In this document: positions 20,176-29,428 of the stretch, in pieces
Layout of the letters: each line of letters begins with the position of its first letter
Numbering within the stretch: position 1 is the first letter of the stretch
Virus record (IMG/VR): IMGVR_UViG_643692022_000008
Origin: a virus
Lineage: Duplodnaviria > Heunggongvirae > Uroviricota > Caudoviricetes
Strand: one strand, 5' to 3'
DNA length: 42,310 nucleotides
The notes under the pieces: model-generated
Told to the model about the DNA's origin: nothing
Database searches by the model: none
What the model saw: only the letters and a program-made list of their open reading frames with translations
Translations under genes and position numbers: made by a program

Positions 20176-20755
20176 TATTTAAGCGAATCGACATCATGAA
20201 TAATTTCACAACTGAAATATCAACAGGTTAGATAAAAGATGATGATGCCGATAAAATGCAAAAAACCAGCCGTTTTCCGCGTGTCCGCAGCCCCCCGGTG
20301 TTTCAAATCGCCAGGAGGACCCGCCAACCGCTCTGGTTTACTCCGCAAAACGAATGAAAATCTGAACGACCACGGTCGCACAGACTAGAATACATGTCCT
20401 GTTTCTTCCCCCCCACACAGAACTTGCGAGCATGAGGGACAAACCCGCGAATAATTAGCGCGGTAAAAACCCGGTGTGCATCGTTTTTGATTATTTCCGC
20501 ACACTCGCGCAGAGGAGTTCCCCGTCGGGCTACGGTCATTGTTAATGCGGGAATACGGCGACGATACAGCGCAGCTAAAAGGGTAAAGGACAGATAGAGC
20601 GGTTTATTTCATTCCACAGGATTCTGAATGTCCCCAACTCCCTCCAATAGTCTGAGCGTCCACCTGTGTAGTTTTAATTTTCATCAATTCATTTAACTAT
20701 CGTTTAATTGTTGTCACATAGGATTCTGCCGTTTTTAACAATGCAGGATAATAAG

Positions 20756-21049
20756 ATGAAAAAAATGTTGTTTTCTGCCGCTCTGGCAATGCTTATTACA
20801 GGATGTGCTCAACAGACGTTTACTGTTGGAAACAAACCGACAGCAGTAACACCAAAGGAAACCATCACCCATCACTTCTTCGTTTCGGGAATTGGACAGG
20901 AGAAAACTGTTGATGCAGCCAAAATTTGTGGCGGCGCAGAAAATGTTGTTAAAACAGAAACCCAGCAAACATTCGTAAATGGATTGCTCGGTTTCATCAC
21001 TTTTGGCATTTATACTCCGCTGGAAGCACGGGTATATTGCTCACAATAA
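20756..21049 (+). CDS. bor: Bor/Iss-family outer-membrane lipoprotein (serum resistance)
   Basis: Start at ATG 20756 with RBS; MKKMLFSAALAMLITGCAQQTFTV...LEARVYCSQ closely matches lambda Bor including the lipobox (ITGC). Confidence 0.9.
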   Translation: MKKMLFSAALAMLITGCAQQTFTVGNKPTAVTPKETITHHFFVSGIGQEKTVDAAKICGGAENVVKTETQQTFVNGLLGFITFGIYTPLEARVYCSQ

Positions 21050-21057
21050 TTGCATGA

Positions 21058-21087
21058 GTTGCCCATCAATATGGGCAACTTTATCTG
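21058..21087 (+). terminator. Rho-independent terminator after bor
   Basis: Hairpin gttgccca/tcaata/tgggcaac (21058-21079) followed by ttta. Confidence 0.55.
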
Positions 21088-21542
21088 CACTGTTCCTTAA
21101 TATACTGCTGAGTCCCTTCCAGTTGTTTCTGCATTATTATCAGTCTATCTCTGAGGGTGAAATAATTCCGTTCAGCGGTGTCTGCCAGTCGGGGGGAGGC
21201 TGCATTATCCACGCCGGAGGCGGTGGTGGATTCACGCACGGACGGACAGACTGCTTTGATGCGCAACCGACGACGACCAGCGGCAACATCATCACGCAGA
21301 GCATCATTTTCAGATTTCGCATCATCTAACTCCTTCGTGTATTTTGCATCGAGCGCAGCAACATCACGCTGGCGAAGCTGCATATCAGTAATTGTCGAGT
21401 TCGCCAGCTTCAGTTCACTGGCCTTGTTATCGCGCTGCTCTTTGTAGGCGATTGCGTTATCACGGTAATGATTAACAGCCCATGACAGGCAGACGATGAT
21501 GCAGATAACCAGAGCGGAGATAATCGCGGTTACTCTGTTCAT
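21081..21542 (-). CDS. Rz: i-spanin Rz
   Basis: [34 protein letters not shown]... closely matches lambda Rz; start overlaps the endolysin stop. Confidence 0.9.
   Translation of the reverse strand: MNRVTAIISALVICIIVCLSWAVNHYRDNAIAYKEQRDNKASELKLANSTITDMQLRQRDVAALDAKYTKELDDAKSENDALRDDVAAGRRRLRIKAVCPSVRESTTASGVDNAASPRLADTAERNYFTLRDRLIIMQKQLEGTQQYIKEQCR
21140..21325 (-). CDS. Rz1: o-spanin Rz1 (embedded in Rz, +1 frame)
   Basis: [19 protein letters not shown]...[27 protein letters not shown] matches lambda Rz1 lipobox and proline-rich region. Confidence 0.85.
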   Translation of the reverse strand: MMRNLKMMLCVMMLPLVVVGCASKQSVRPCVNPPPPPAWIMQPPPDWQTPLNGIISPSEID

Positions 21543-22036
21543 TGCTGACCCCACAAACAGATTTCACGCTCAATCTCACGACGAGTCATGAGACCTTTCC
21601 ATTGCTTACCGCCAGCGTATGTCCAGCGCCGTAGCTGATCACATGCGCCTTTGATATCACCCTGGTTTATTTTGCGAAGAAGCGTCGATGTTCTGAAATT
21701 GCCAGCACCCACGTTGTAGACGAACGAGTAAAGAGCGCCGCGCGTTGTTTCCGGTATATCGACTTTGATGTACGGGTTAATTTGTCTGGCGACAGTGGCA
21801 AGGTCTTTATTCAGGAGGGCTTTGCATTCTGCTTCGGTATACGTTTTACCGAGCATAATGTCTTTTCCGGTGTGTCCGTAACATACAGTCCATACACCAA
21901 CTATGTCTTTGTAAGGATTATGTCTCACACCTTCCAGACCATCGTTACCACTTGGGCCAGTGATTAACACAGATGCTATAGCAATAGCCCCGCCACCAAT
22001 AGCAGCAGCAACAGCTTTTCGTAATGATGGAGGCAT
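21539..22036 (-). CDS. R: SAR endolysin (phage 21 R-type lysozyme)
   Basis: N-terminal SAR segment ([20 protein letters not shown]) plus lysozyme domain; near-identical to R21 as I remember it. Confidence 0.9.
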   Translation of the reverse strand: MPPSLRKAVAAAIGGGAIAIASVLITGPSGNDGLEGVRHNPYKDIVGVWTVCYGHTGKDIMLGKTYTEAECKALLNKDLATVARQINPYIKVDIPETTRGALYSFVYNVGAGNFRTSTLLRKINQGDIKGACDQLRRWTYAGGKQWKGLMTRREIEREICLWGQQ

Positions 22037-22251
22037 TATTCACCTCTCGCAGCCTTGCGCTTATCTTCTTTAATCTTGAAATAAAGGTTTGTCAGGTACG
22101 TCAGCAGGCCAAATACCAAGCTACCCAGCACACCTATTGCTGCCCACTGTGAGGGCGTGACTTTATCGAGCAGCTGTAAAAACCAGTAGCCAGCACTGCC
22201 TGCGGAGGTGCCGTAGGCAATGCCCGTTGTTAACTTATCCATGGATTTCAT
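22036..22251 (-). CDS. S: Pinholin (phage 21 S-type)
   Basis: 71-aa protein [26 protein letters not shown]... with two TM segments, overlapping the endolysin start. Confidence 0.9.
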   Translation of the reverse strand: MKSMDKLTTGIAYGTSAGSAGYWFLQLLDKVTPSQWAAIGVLGSLVFGLLTYLTNLYFKIKEDKRKAARGE

Positions 22252-22345
22252 AGCCTCACCTCCGCAAATAACGGATGGTGTACACGGTTCGGAACGAAGA
22301 GGAAAGGTATAGAAGTTACATTAGCGTAAGGCTTGAACATCTATT

Positions 22346-22378
22346 CAAAAAGAAAAACGCCAGCGATTATTCTGGCGT
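22346..22378 (-). terminator. Rho-independent terminator downstream of the AraC-family gene
   Basis: Hairpin acgccag/cgattatt/ctggcgt (22357-22378) followed on the minus strand by a U-run (plus-strand aaaaagaaaaa 22346-22356). Confidence 0.6.
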
Positions 22379-22439
22379 AGCTGAAAGCATCATACAATTA
22401 TCAAATACGAAAATTACAAAATCATTAAAACGCATCACG

Positions 22440-23180
22440 TTACATCATGTCTTTTTCTAAAAAAAATCTTGATGAATATTGATGGGGAGGAACACCAAAA
22501 TATCTTCTGAAAACACTTACAAAATATGACGTGTTTTCATAACCGCATATCTCAGCAACTTTTCCAACAGAATATAAATTGTAGCTTAATAACCTTTCCG
22601 CCATCACCATTCGCTCTTCAAGAATTAACTTACTAAATGATAAGCCTTCGTGCTTTAATTTTCTTTTTAACAGACTTTCACTCAGATACAGTCTTGAAGA
22701 TATATCACAAAGTCTCCATGCTGCAGATATATCCGTGTGAATAATAGCCTTAACTTTACTTCCTAAACTATTAAGACATCCAAATAAAAAACTTTGCACT
22801 ATTTTCTCTGAAGATAAGATAGCAAGACATGCAAGTGATATTTGATTTCTAACAAAATCTACAGTTCTGCCATCACAATTCAAGCATGCAATCAAGTTCT
22901 TTAACAATGAAAAATCTTCACATTCCACCATCAAGTATGCCGGATAAAACCTTCTTACAGAAAAAGGTGAGAGTGTGTTGCTTTTAAAGAAATCATTAAC
23001 TGTTTTCTCTTCAACATCTACGATCATTACATGATCTATATTTGATGAAAAAAAATCTTTTAAATTGTAATCAATGAGAACAGCACTTCCCTTTTTAAAC
23101 AAAATATCTTCTTTACCAATTCGGGCATCAAACGAGTTCAACACCAAAATGATAGAACATATGTATGGCATATTATCCAC
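22440..23180 (-). CDS. AraC/XylS-family transcriptional regulator (AT-rich cargo gene)
   Basis: 246-aa ORF with C-terminal AraC-type HTH (VGKVAEICGYENTSYFVSVFRRYFGVPPHQY); very AT-rich gene and 340-bp AT-rich upstream region. Confidence 0.8.
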   Translation of the reverse strand: MDNMPYICSIILVLNSFDARIGKEDILFKKGSAVLIDYNLKDFFSSNIDHVMIVDVEEKTVNDFFKSNTLSPFSVRRFYPAYLMVECEDFSLLKNLIACLNCDGRTVDFVRNQISLACLAILSSEKIVQSFLFGCLNSLGSKVKAIIHTDISAAWRLCDISSRLYLSESLLKRKLKHEGLSFSKLILEERMVMAERLLSYNLYSVGKVAEICGYENTSYFVSVFRRYFGVPPHQYSSRFFLEKDMM

Positions 23181-23520
23181 CTGATATCATTGAGGTTACA
23201 CCAGGTAAGTATAGGTGGAAAATCAATATTCGCCAGTTCAACAATAAGGAAAATCTCATTGCATCACAAGTATAAAATTATGTATTTAACTCACAAAGAC
23301 AAATTATTAAACCAATCTGTTATATTATATATAGCTGCGTGGAATCATAATATTATATTTTGACTGGCATGTTTACCAACTTTAAGTTGCATCTCAATGG
23401 TTTCTTCAGCGTAAACAGAGTTTTTATACAAACTGACACTCTGGGTATCATAGTGTAGTTTTTACGATTGTAAATATCCTGCATGCAGGAACTCATCCTT
23501 TTGGATGATATCGCATACAA

Positions 23521-24480
23521 TTAATTTACCATCAGTCTTAGAGCCAGTTCGTCCGGATAGGGATCGAAGTAATTCTGTGTAAGCAAGTAATCATTAGGAT
23601 ACTCACCCAGATAATGCTTCAGCAGAGTCAACGGCGCAAGAAGAGGTAATGTGCCAGAACGATAGTTAAGTATAACCTCGCTCAACTCTTTACGCTGGCG
23701 TGTACTTAAGTAGTTACTAAAATACCCCTGTATATGCATCAGCACATTCGTGTGATTTTTACGTGATGCAGGTTTTCTGAGAATCGCCATCAGCTTATCA
23801 CGATACACCTCAAAGTATGATTCAAGGTCCGCCCACTCGTGTATTGCAGCCACAAATGGTCCCATATCTTTATAGCCTGCCTGACTATGCGCCAACAACT
23901 GAAGCTTATAACGACTATGAAAAGCTAATAACTCTCTTCTTGATAATTTCTCCTTGTAAAGGTGATTGAGCTCATGCAAAGCAAAAACTCTTTCAACAAA
24001 ATTCTCACGAAGCACTGGATCATGTAATCGCCCATCCTCTTCAACCGGTAGCCAGGAAAACTTTTCCATCAAAGTGCTCGTAAATAGTCCCACTCCATCT
24101 TTACGACCTCGATTACCATTTTCATCATAGACACGCACGCGCTCCATGCCACAGCTGGGAGATTTAGCACAAACCACAAACCCCGATACATCCTTTAATT
24201 TGTCCATATAAGAACGACTAAACTCTGTCATTCTCTCTGTCACATCCTCATTCTGGTCGTGGCTGAAACACATCCGTATATTTCCTTGCGTCGAGCGCAC
24301 AAGACGTAGAGCAGGACGCGGAACTGGCAGCCCTATAGCCATTTCTGGACATACTGGTCTGAATGTTACCCATTCCACTAATTTGTCCATTAAAAAGTCA
24401 GCTCTTTTGTGACCACCATCAAAACGAACAGCAGAACCGGCCAAACAACCGCTGATTCCAATCACAGGTTTTTTTATCAT
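23521..24480 (-). CDS. DUF523 + DUF1722 (YbgA-like) protein, possible Fe-S desulfidase-type enzyme
   Basis: 319-aa ORF; N-terminal Cys-rich region (GISGCLAGS, PVCPEM, CAKSPSCGME) and YbgA-like C-terminal half. Confidence 0.65.
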   Translation of the reverse strand: MIKKPVIGISGCLAGSAVRFDGGHKRADFLMDKLVEWVTFRPVCPEMAIGLPVPRPALRLVRSTQGNIRMCFSHDQNEDVTERMTEFSRSYMDKLKDVSGFVVCAKSPSCGMERVRVYDENGNRGRKDGVGLFTSTLMEKFSWLPVEEDGRLHDPVLRENFVERVFALHELNHLYKEKLSRRELLAFHSRYKLQLLAHSQAGYKDMGPFVAAIHEWADLESYFEVYRDKLMAILRKPASRKNHTNVLMHIQGYFSNYLSTRQRKELSEVILNYRSGTLPLLAPLTLLKHYLGEYPNDYLLTQNYFDPYPDELALRLMVN

Positions 24481-24672
24481 ATTCTCCCCCTTGACTAATT
24501 CATTAACATATAAACTGTGTAGTGCACGGAATAAATTGCCTTTCTGGCGTCATCACTGACAATTTTTCTGTTATGGACTATTCCTAATATAGTATGAAAG
24601 TTCTTTAAGTGATCGGTCGTAATCATCTATCTTTCATACTTACTCTCAACTATCAAAAGTACAGGATTTATT

Positions 24673-25197
24673 ATGAAGTTATGGCCTGTGTTGACTGGCA
24701 TTGCACTCTCTTTCACTCTTATAGCATGTAAGGCCCCGACACCACCTAAAGGTGTGCAGCCGATTACAAATTTTGACGCCAACCGCTACCTCGGAAAATG
24801 GTATGAAATAGCTCGCCTCGAGAACCGGTTCGAACGTGGTCTGGAACAGGTCAGCGCTACTTATGGAAAACGGAACGACGGAGGGATTCGTGTACTTAAC
24901 CGTGGATACGATCCAACGAAAAATAAATGGAGCGAGAGCGAAGGTAAAGCATACTTTACTGGAGATACTAAAACTGCAGCGTTGAAGGTTTCGTTTTTTG
25001 GCCCCTTCTATGGTGGCTATAATGTAATCAAACTGGATGATGAGTATAAGTATGCTCTTGTCAGTGGTCCGAACAGAGAATACCTATGGATTCTGGCAAG
25101 GACCCCAACTATTCCAGATAAAGTAAAAGCAGACTATGTGCGAACCGCTCAAAAGTTGGGATTCAATGTCAATGAATTATTATGGGTTAAACAATAA
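24673..25197 (+). CDS. blc: Outer-membrane lipoprotein Blc (bacterial lipocalin)
   Basis: Lipobox LIAC; NFDANRYLGKWYEIARLENRFERGLEQVSATY and KVSFFGPFYGGYNVIKLD match E. coli Blc motifs. Confidence 0.85.
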   Translation: MKLWPVLTGIALSFTLIACKAPTPPKGVQPITNFDANRYLGKWYEIARLENRFERGLEQVSATYGKRNDGGIRVLNRGYDPTKNKWSESEGKAYFTGDTKTAALKVSFFGPFYGGYNVIKLDDEYKYALVSGPNREYLWILARTPTIPDKVKADYVRTAQKLGFNVNELLWVKQ

Positions 25198-25224
25198 AAT
25201 CCCTACTCGAAATAATACTTATTA

Positions 25225-25251
25225 GAAAAAACCAGCCTTTGGAGAGGCTGG
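25225..25251 (-). terminator. Rho-independent terminator on the minus strand downstream of Q (tR'-like)
   Basis: Hairpin ccagcct/ttggag/aggctgg (25232-25251) followed on the minus strand by UUUUUU (plus aaaaaa 25225-25230), ~100 nt downstream of the Q stop. Confidence 0.6.
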
Positions 25252-25351
25252 CTAAATCAGGAAACAAGCTGTTATATGATAATAACTACGTTGCGATTCC
25301 AACATTTAAAATGTTAGACTAATGACAATCAGACAGCAACTTTTCCTTTAA

Positions 25352-25744
25352 TTATTTCGAACAATCAGCATCCATCTCCAATCGGAGATCCAACACCATC
25401 AGCATACCCTCCACTACGCCCTCAGCTTTCTGGAGCATCCTGCCAACCCAACAATCAGATCGCCCATGCTTACGTGCAAGCGCCATAAAAGTCATGCCGC
25501 CGACATAATAGTCCACCAATAAATCATGCAAATCGCTGTTGTTCTTTTTCAGACGGGCCATGCACCCGCAAATGATCATCGCGTCATCGTCACAACATTG
25601 TGGGCGAGATTTTACTTTTGAAGGAATTAATCCCTTAAAACCGGCGGCAATGGACGACCAGGTCACATCTTCATGATTATTAGCCGCCCACGCTCCCCAA
25701 CGCTCAAGAACCATCTGAATATCACGCATCAACTTACTCCACAA
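25352..25744 (-). CDS. Q: Late antiterminator Q (QuuD-like)
   Basis: [22 protein letters not shown]... Cys-rich Q-family protein; lies between rusA and the lysis region as in DLP12. True start may be the internal ATG (MRDIQ). Confidence 0.8.
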   Translation of the reverse strand: MWSKLMRDIQMVLERWGAWAANNHEDVTWSSIAAGFKGLIPSKVKSRPQCCDDDAMIICGCMARLKKNNSDLHDLLVDYYVGGMTFMALARKHGRSDCWVGRMLQKAEGVVEGMLMVLDLRLEMDADCSK

Positions 25745-25951
25745 AAATCAGACCAGAACGCCAATTACAAGCAAAAATCAACAAAACAGTATTAGTTGAT
25801 TGTTATCTCTGACTTCATACTCCTGCTCCTGTCAGGGTTTTGGCGTAATTCTTCAGTATCCGGTAATCGGTCAAAACAGAACCGGGGAAACGATATAAGC
25901 GCAGGCGCATCCAGCGGTGGCGAAGACGTTCTGCCACATAAAACTCAAACA

Positions 25952-26314
25952 TCATTCATTCCCCATTTCGGTGATGGTCAGTTCCAGCCTCCCACCTTTG
26001 GTAACTGGCATCTTCACAACGCGGTAATCAACGACCTGAGCATCATCCAGCCAGAAACCTGCTTTGGTGAGTGCGTCAAAAGCGGCTTTTTGTAGATTAT
26101 CCAGGTCACGGCGACGGCGATCCGGCATGTGGCACTCAATGCGGATTTTCACAGGCATAGCCAGACCGATATCCAGCATTGCGTTTTTAATGATTCGGGC
26201 GACGTTATCGCGGTATGCCTGCCCTTCTGCGCTGATGTGCGTGCGCCCTCGATTATGGCGGTAGTAGCGGTTATTGCTCGGCGGCCAGGGTAGTGTGATG
26301 TGGTAAGTATTCAC
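25952..26314 (-). CDS. rusA: Holliday junction resolvase RusA
   Basis: 120-aa protein [18 protein letters not shown]...; RusA-family signature, DLP12-like context. Confidence 0.9.
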   Translation of the reverse strand: MNTYHITLPWPPSNNRYYRHNRGRTHISAEGQAYRDNVARIIKNAMLDIGLAMPVKIRIECHMPDRRRRDLDNLQKAAFDALTKAGFWLDDAQVVDYRVVKMPVTKGGRLELTITEMGNE

Positions 26315-26601
26315 GCCTTAATTACTCCCTCTTTCAGCCAGATAACCTGCGTTCTCGCCATACCTTCCAGCGCGCATTCTTTTGCGTACTCAGCATCGAC
26401 AAAATGCGTGCGGCGGTCGATTTCGTCGAGACAGGCAGAACAGGCAATGGTGGCAATAAGGTCTGGCGGTTTAATACCGGTGCCGCACAATCCAGCCAGC
26501 CGGATATGTGCCAGTACAGACGTTTCAGGATTGCCATTACATACGCCAGGGATTCTTACCTGGCATTCCCGACTACGCGCTGCTTTTCTCAAATCAGCCA
26601 T
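26311..26601 (-). CDS. ybcO: YbcO-like protein (DUF1364)
   Basis: [35 protein letters not shown]... with a conserved Cys cluster; start taken at internal ATG. Confidence 0.7.
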   Translation of the reverse strand: MADLRKAARSRECQVRIPGVCNGNPETSVLAHIRLAGLCGTGIKPPDLIATIACSACLDEIDRRTHFVDAEYAKECALEGMARTQVIWLKEGVIKA

Positions 26602-26764
26602 GATTCCTCCTTGCTGCCAGTCGCAACCATTTTTTATCAACCAGGCTAGCGGTATATCCGAGCAGTGTTGGTATTTCGGATGGCTTCAGCTCAGGCTTAC
26701 GCTTACGACGATTTGATACTCTGTAGATGTGTCCGTTCATGACACGAATAAGCGGTGTAGCCAT
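26594..26764 (-). CDS. ninE: NinE-like protein
   Basis: Short basic ORF (RRKRKP...WLRLAARR) between the ybcN-like and ybcO-like genes; start taken at internal ATG abutting the upstream stop. Confidence 0.55.
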   Translation of the reverse strand: MATPLIRVMNGHIYRVSNRRKRKPELKPSEIPTLLGYTASLVDKKWLRLAARRNHG

Positions 26765-27219
26765 TACGCCTCCTGCTTGTCGCGGAGCAGCTGGAACTCG
26801 CAGCTCTGCGGAATAGTCAGGTGGCAGCCAATATTCACCGCCCAAGCTTCAACCTTACACAGGAAGATATACATCTCTCCGGTATCAAGATCGGAGGTAT
26901 GGCGTAACGACTGGATAGCGGTGATCTCACCGGTTACGACATCAACCAGGTCTTTGGTTTCATAACCGAGATATGTGTGTTTGAGAGCATCTTTTACCCA
27001 AGCTGGAGTGGCGAACGTTTTACCACTGCTGATGAGGTATTCACTGATTTCGCTGTACCACATGTGGCTGAGTGCATTCTGGGAAAGACTGCGTTTCTCA
27101 CGCCACGGTTTAAGCACCATGCGAAAGCATTTTCCGTCCTCCAGATAAGGCTGGATCTGCTGGCCGATAGCGGTGAAGTTGCCGCGATGTAGTTTGATGC
27201 CGTCTTGTGGGAGGTTCAC
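26764..27219 (-). CDS. ybcN: YbcN-like protein (DUF1367)
   Basis: 151-aa [33 protein letters not shown]... matching DLP12 YbcN as remembered. Confidence 0.7.
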   Translation of the reverse strand: MNLPQDGIKLHRGNFTAIGQQIQPYLEDGKCFRMVLKPWREKRSLSQNALSHMWYSEISEYLISSGKTFATPAWVKDALKHTYLGYETKDLVDVVTGEITAIQSLRHTSDLDTGEMYIFLCKVEAWAVNIGCHLTIPQSCEFQLLRDKQEA

Positions 27220-27406
27220 GCTTCACCTCCGTAGAGGTAAAACGCAGAATACAAAAAATCGCAGGTGCATTTCTGCATCTGTGACGGGAGAAGTGAGTTT
27301 GGATTGTATGTGCGCATAAACGTCCCCGTTTAGCGCAGAAGTCACCGGAGTTGTTCAGGCTCCGATGACATGATTATGGCGGGTTGATTATGGAAAATCA
27401 ATCAAG

Positions 27407-27916
27407 CTATGTTTCATCGGCGAGGTCATCATCTGTGACAATCATGAGGTTAAAGAATGAAATAATGTTTAACCACTGCGAGTAAATATCGCTCGTCATG
27501 CTGGTTAGCTCCTCTCCGTGAAAGAAGGCATCAGGCCCAACCTCATAGTTGAGCTCTTCAAAAAGCTCCATGTTTAATTGGCTAATAAAGAATTGCTTCA
27601 GACCTTTCATTGCATCCTGATTGTTGGTATCTGAGTAATTTATTATGCTCCCCATTGCCATGTTCAAACATCGAACAATATTGGCTGCGTCATGAAAGCT
27701 CCAGTCAGCCCCTTTCTTTCCTTTTGAGTATGAATTCGCTCTCTCAGCGCAAGCTTTTAATGTCTCGTACAAATACTGCTTTCCTTGCAACTGCAAAGCT
27801 TTTTCGGATGTGGCCCTGCTAGCTTCTGAGGATCGCCATGCTAAATAAGTTGCTACCGCAGATGCGATAGCTGCAATCGCAGAAACTGCATCTATACCGT
27901 TATCCCAACCAGACAT
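27407..27916 (-). CDS. Hypothetical membrane-anchored protein (AT-rich cargo gene in nin region)
   Basis: 169-aa ORF with one N-terminal hydrophobic helix (AVSAIAAIASAVATYLAW); AT-rich; RBS embedded in a hairpin at 27923-27942. Confidence 0.6.
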   Translation of the reverse strand: MSGWDNGIDAVSAIAAIASAVATYLAWRSSEASRATSEKALQLQGKQYLYETLKACAERANSYSKGKKGADWSFHDAANIVRCLNMAMGSIINYSDTNNQDAMKGLKQFFISQLNMELFEELNYEVGPDAFFHGEELTSMTSDIYSQWLNIISFFNLMIVTDDDLADET

Positions 27917-27965
27917 AAAAACCCCCTCGATTATTTGAGGGGATTATACCTTCAAAGTTTCCGCG

Positions 27966-28187
27966 CTACCCATTCATAACTAAAGCTTTTGCTTTCCAAT
28001 GAGAAAGCGCGCTATGTTCGCTAGAACCTGTTTCGACTATATGGCGCCCCCAGGAATCTCCCCATGCCCTCCACGTTGACTTGCCGGTTTGGACTACTGT
28101 GACAACATACTCTTTGCCGTCGATGTTAACTTCATGCTGCACTGGTGATTGTGATTTCATTTTCAAACCTCTGCTTATCGTTGACAT
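27966..28187 (-). CDS. Small hypothetical protein
   Basis: 73-aa ORF; more likely starts at internal ATG 28160 (MKSQSPV...), which has an AGAGG RBS. Confidence 0.45.
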   Translation of the reverse strand: MSTISRGLKMKSQSPVQHEVNIDGKEYVVTVVQTGKSTWRAWGDSWGRHIVETGSSEHSALSHWKAKALVMNG

Positions 28188-28307
28188 CGCAATTATGCTG
28201 TCACGACATAATCACTTCGCCTCCTGCTGCGGTGCTGCTGCGATCATGGCCTTCCATTGGTGGTCTGGGCTCCATAATCTACCGCCATCTTCACACTCTT
28301 CCTGCGC

Positions 28308-29018
28308 CTAATGGTACGCCTCACGCATTTCTGGAGTTGGCTCCTTAGGAACCAGCACCCAACCATCCGGAATCACCGGAGAGTTGCTGACGGGCGACTC
28401 GGAAATTTTTGGCGAAGAATCTAGGGCTGGCGCGGTCTGCATGGTGGTGGGCGACTCGGCTTTTTCGGCACCCTGAAGCATGGCGTCGCGGCATCCGTCA
28501 TACGCTTCTTTCATAGCATCACGCACCCATCCGACAGGTTTCTGCTCAGTCAACTCACACCATTTCTCGAATGTGGGCACAGATACCGGAACTGGCGGTG
28601 CTGCATAAAGCGCCTGACAACTCCAGCCAGACCAGTGAGCACCCTCCGCTCTCTCATCATCTTCAGGGCGAACAAGCGTGACTTCGCTCGGGTGTTTCCT
28701 GTGTGACCACAGCCAGGCTACGGTTTCGGCATTGGCTGGCTCTGGCGGGGCGGAGTAAAAATACTCATCCTCAATCCCATCAACGGGCTTTGAGAAGCCG
28801 ATAAAATCACCATAATGCCAAGGATAGGGGCCGTATGGCTCAGAGGTCACACGACGCCACCGGTGAATGGCAGGCTCCGCTTCGAGCGATGCCAGCGCGA
28901 TACGCAGTGCCGCCAGCGTGTTGCTGTCGCCTTCGTCCAGACCGAACGGGATTTCATCTCTGGCTGCTTCCATGTCGGCAATTTTCTGCTGCAGCCATTG
29001 TTTGGTAATAGTGCTCAT
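28308..29018 (-). CDS. Hypothetical phage protein
   Basis: 236-aa ORF in the early-right operon, overlapping the upstream gene. Confidence 0.55.
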   Translation of the reverse strand: MSTITKQWLQQKIADMEAARDEIPFGLDEGDSNTLAALRIALASLEAEPAIHRWRRVTSEPYGPYPWHYGDFIGFSKPVDGIEDEYFYSAPPEPANAETVAWLWSHRKHPSEVTLVRPEDDERAEGAHWSGWSCQALYAAPPVPVSVPTFEKWCELTEQKPVGWVRDAMKEAYDGCRDAMLQGAEKAESPTTMQTAPALDSSPKISESPVSNSPVIPDGWVLVPKEPTPEMREAYH

Positions 29019-29428
29019 GATGCCTCTCCTTTACCGGATGCGGCGGCGATCAGCTTCTGCGCCTGCTGAATGTCAGGATTGCCTGCAATCATCACTTCTG
29101 GCGCGTCACAGTCACCGCCAAGGTCAAGAATGCGCTCATGTCCGGTACGCAGGCAGGATTTGTATCCTGAAACCGTCTGCTTGAGCGATTCGGTCAGCAC
29201 AGCAATCCTCTGGTCTTTGGCTTCCAGCTCATCCAGCAGCGCCAGCACTGTGGCTGGGTTGGCTGCGGAGTTCAGCGCGTTCAAGGCAGTGATATCTGCA
29301 TCAAGCTGAGTTCCTTCTGCCAGTGAGATATCGAAAATGTCATCAGGCGGCATAACACTAAGGCGCTCATGCGCACCAACTGCTGCCTCAGCGATTTCAC
29401 GTAATGCGCGTTTGTCGATGTTGCTCAT
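29015..29428 (-). CDS. Hypothetical phage protein (MSNIDK paralog 1)
   Basis: 137-aa ORF; first 20 nt identical to the neighbouring gene's start. Confidence 0.55.
   Translation of the reverse strand: MSNIDKRALREIAEAAVGAHERLSVMPPDDIFDISLAEGTQLDADITALNALNSAANPATVLALLDELEAKDQRIAVLTESLKQTVSGYKSCLRTGHERILDLGGDCDAPEVMIAGNPDIQQAQKLIAAASGKGEAS

Noticed and set aside
20303-20539. 78-aa minus-strand ORF in the putative cos region
   Set aside because: Isolated ORF with no RBS or family resemblance, in a region expected to be the non-coding packaging site.
22252-25351. Shiga toxin or other known toxin genes between Q and S
   Set aside because: The ORFs there translate to an AraC-type regulator, a DUF523/DUF1722 protein and a Blc lipocalin; nothing resembles StxA/StxB.
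25745-25951. Small ylcG-like gene between rusA and Q
   Set aside because: The only minus-strand ATG-initiated frame I traced encodes ~22 aa without an RBS; not supportable.
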